Below are positions 63,051 to 64,000 of a DNA stretch of 64,000 nt, in pieces. The DNA is from Syntrophus sp. (in: bacteria). GTDB lineage: Bacteria; Desulfobacterota; Syntrophia; Syntrophales; UBA8958. The first letter of the stretch is position 1. Every line of letters begins with the position of its first letter. The notes beneath the pieces are model-generated. The model was not told the DNA's origin, made no database searches, and saw only the letters and a program-made list of their open reading frames with translations. The position numbers were made by a program, and so were the translations under genes. Location: the NCBI GenBank assembly GCA_025355725.1, contig JANXZC010000109.1:38340-102339 (forward strand), written 5' to 3'.

Positions 63051-64000
63051 ATGGAGCTCTATTCGTTAACCATTCATGAACTGCAAGACAAGCTGCGGGC
63101 GGGGGAAGTCACGGCTGCGGACATTCTTACTTCCGTCTATCAAAGAATCGACCAGGTGGAGGGCAAGGTCCACGCCTACATCACCCTGATGAAAGAAGCA
63201 GCCCAGGCCCAGGCCGCCGCCGCCGACGCGGCTATCCGCAACGGTGACATCAGGGCTTTGACGGGCATTCCCCTCGCTCTGAAAGACATCTATTGCGTCC
63301 AGGGATTCACCACAACCTGCGGCTCCCGAATCCTCCATAATTTCGTCCCCCCTTATGACGCCACGGTGGTGGAAAAACTCCGGGCCGCCGGGGCCGTCTT
63401 TACGGGCAAGGCAAACATGGATGAATTCGCCATGGGCTCTTCCACGGAAACGTCCTATTTCGGTGTTACCCGCAACCCCTGGGATCTAACCCGGATCCCC
63501 GGCGGTTCCAGCGGTGGGTCCGCCGCCGCCGTTGCCGCCGACGAGTGCATCGCCGCCCTCGGTTCCGACACGGGCGGCTCCATCCGTCAGCCCGCCGCGT
63601 TGTGCGGCATTGTGGGCCTGAAGCCCACCTACGGCCTCGTTTCGCGCTACGGCCTGGCCGCCTACGCCTCGTCGCTCGACCAGATCGGCACGATGGCCCG
63701 CACGGTGGAGGACGCCGCGCTCCTGCTCGGCGCGATTGCCGGGCACGACGAGCGTGACTCGACCTCGTTCAAGGCCGATGTGCCCGACTACCGGGCCGAG
63801 CTGGCCCGAAGCAAGGGCCGCTGGCGGCTGGGCGTACCCAAGGAATTTTTCGGCGCCGGACTCGACCCTGAGGTGGGCGCCGCGGTGAAGGCTGCCATTG
63901 AGCACTACCGGGCGACCGGCTGCGAAATCCGCGAGGTCTCGCTGCCGCTCGCGGCCGAGTACGCCATCGCGGTCTACTACTTAATCGCCACTGCCGAGGC
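63051..64000 (+). CDS. gatA: Asp/Glu-tRNA amidotransferase subunit A (3' end outside the window)
   Basis: Hand translation gives MELYSLTIHELQDKLRAGEV...ANMDEFAMGSS...GGSSGGSAAAVA...GSDTGGSIRQPA, the amidase signature. The frame is open to the window edge. Confidence 0.92.
   Translation, partial: MELYSLTIHELQDKLRAGEVTAADILTSVYQRIDQVEGKVHAYITLMKEAAQAQAAAADAAIRNGDIRALTGIPLALKDIYCVQGFTTTCGSRILHNFVPPYDATVVEKLRAAGAVFTGKANMDEFAMGSSTETSYFGVTRNPWDLTRIPGGSSGGSAAAVAADECIAALGSDTGGSIRQPAALCGIVGLKPTYGLVSRYGLAAYASSLDQIGTMARTVEDAALLLGAIAGHDERDSTSFKADVPDYRAELARSKGRWRLGVPKEFFGAGLDPEVGAAVKAAIEHYRATGCEIREVSLPLAAEYAIAVYYLIATAE

Overview
This 64-kb chromosomal segment has gene content typical of an anaerobic deltaproteobacterium / Thermodesulfobacteriota-type organism: a sigma54 enhancer-binding regulator, a tri-haem cytochrome c, an HdrD-like CCG protein, a predicted selenoprotein and an N-type ATPase. 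The taxonomic call is inference only. I support about 70 protein genes.

Layout from left to right:
1. A tightly coupled Spy/CpxP-like + LolCDE-like ABC operon behind a sigma54 promoter (48..4380).
2. A visibly AT-richer accessory island (4981..11533) carrying an orphan ParB-like gene, a HEPN/MNT pair, a DNA methyltransferase fused to an Mrr-like domain, decayed proC and thioredoxin genes, and an AAA_14/DUF4143 ATPase.
3. A permease with two thioredoxin_3 genes, then murI, a THUMP methyltransferase, an AI-2E transporter, a GNAT, an MBL hydrolase and an MtnA-like isomerase.
4. A PAS-LuxR regulator followed by a redox / acyl-CoA cluster: C_GCAxxG_C_C protein, a CoADR/Nox-like flavoprotein with an in-frame UGA, an AbfD-like dehydratase, an ICM-like B12 mutase (large and small subunits), MeaB, CobO and DUF2284.
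5. trmJ-like, then ilvB-N-C-D preceded by a Val/Ile-rich leader peptide and tandem terminators.
6. A PAS hybrid histidine kinase with an NtrC-type regulator, a stand-alone triple-PAS protein, three paralogous globin-sensor-like proteins, and a complete N-ATPase operon (atpDCQRBEFAG) behind a second sigma54 promoter.
7. A small redox cluster, PBP1A, tatAC, an HDAC-like gene and gatCA (gatA runs off the window end).

Most interesting findings:
- The sensor-like / 4-TM gene that heads the sigma54-driven N-ATPase operon.
- The fourfold-repeated Cys-containing PAS module.
- The Sec-recoded flavoprotein.
- The ilv attenuator.
- The proC frameshift caused by a 10-bp tandem duplication.
- The accessory island.

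No rRNA, tRNA or CRISPR array was seen.

All domain calls come from motif recognition by eye. No database search was run.
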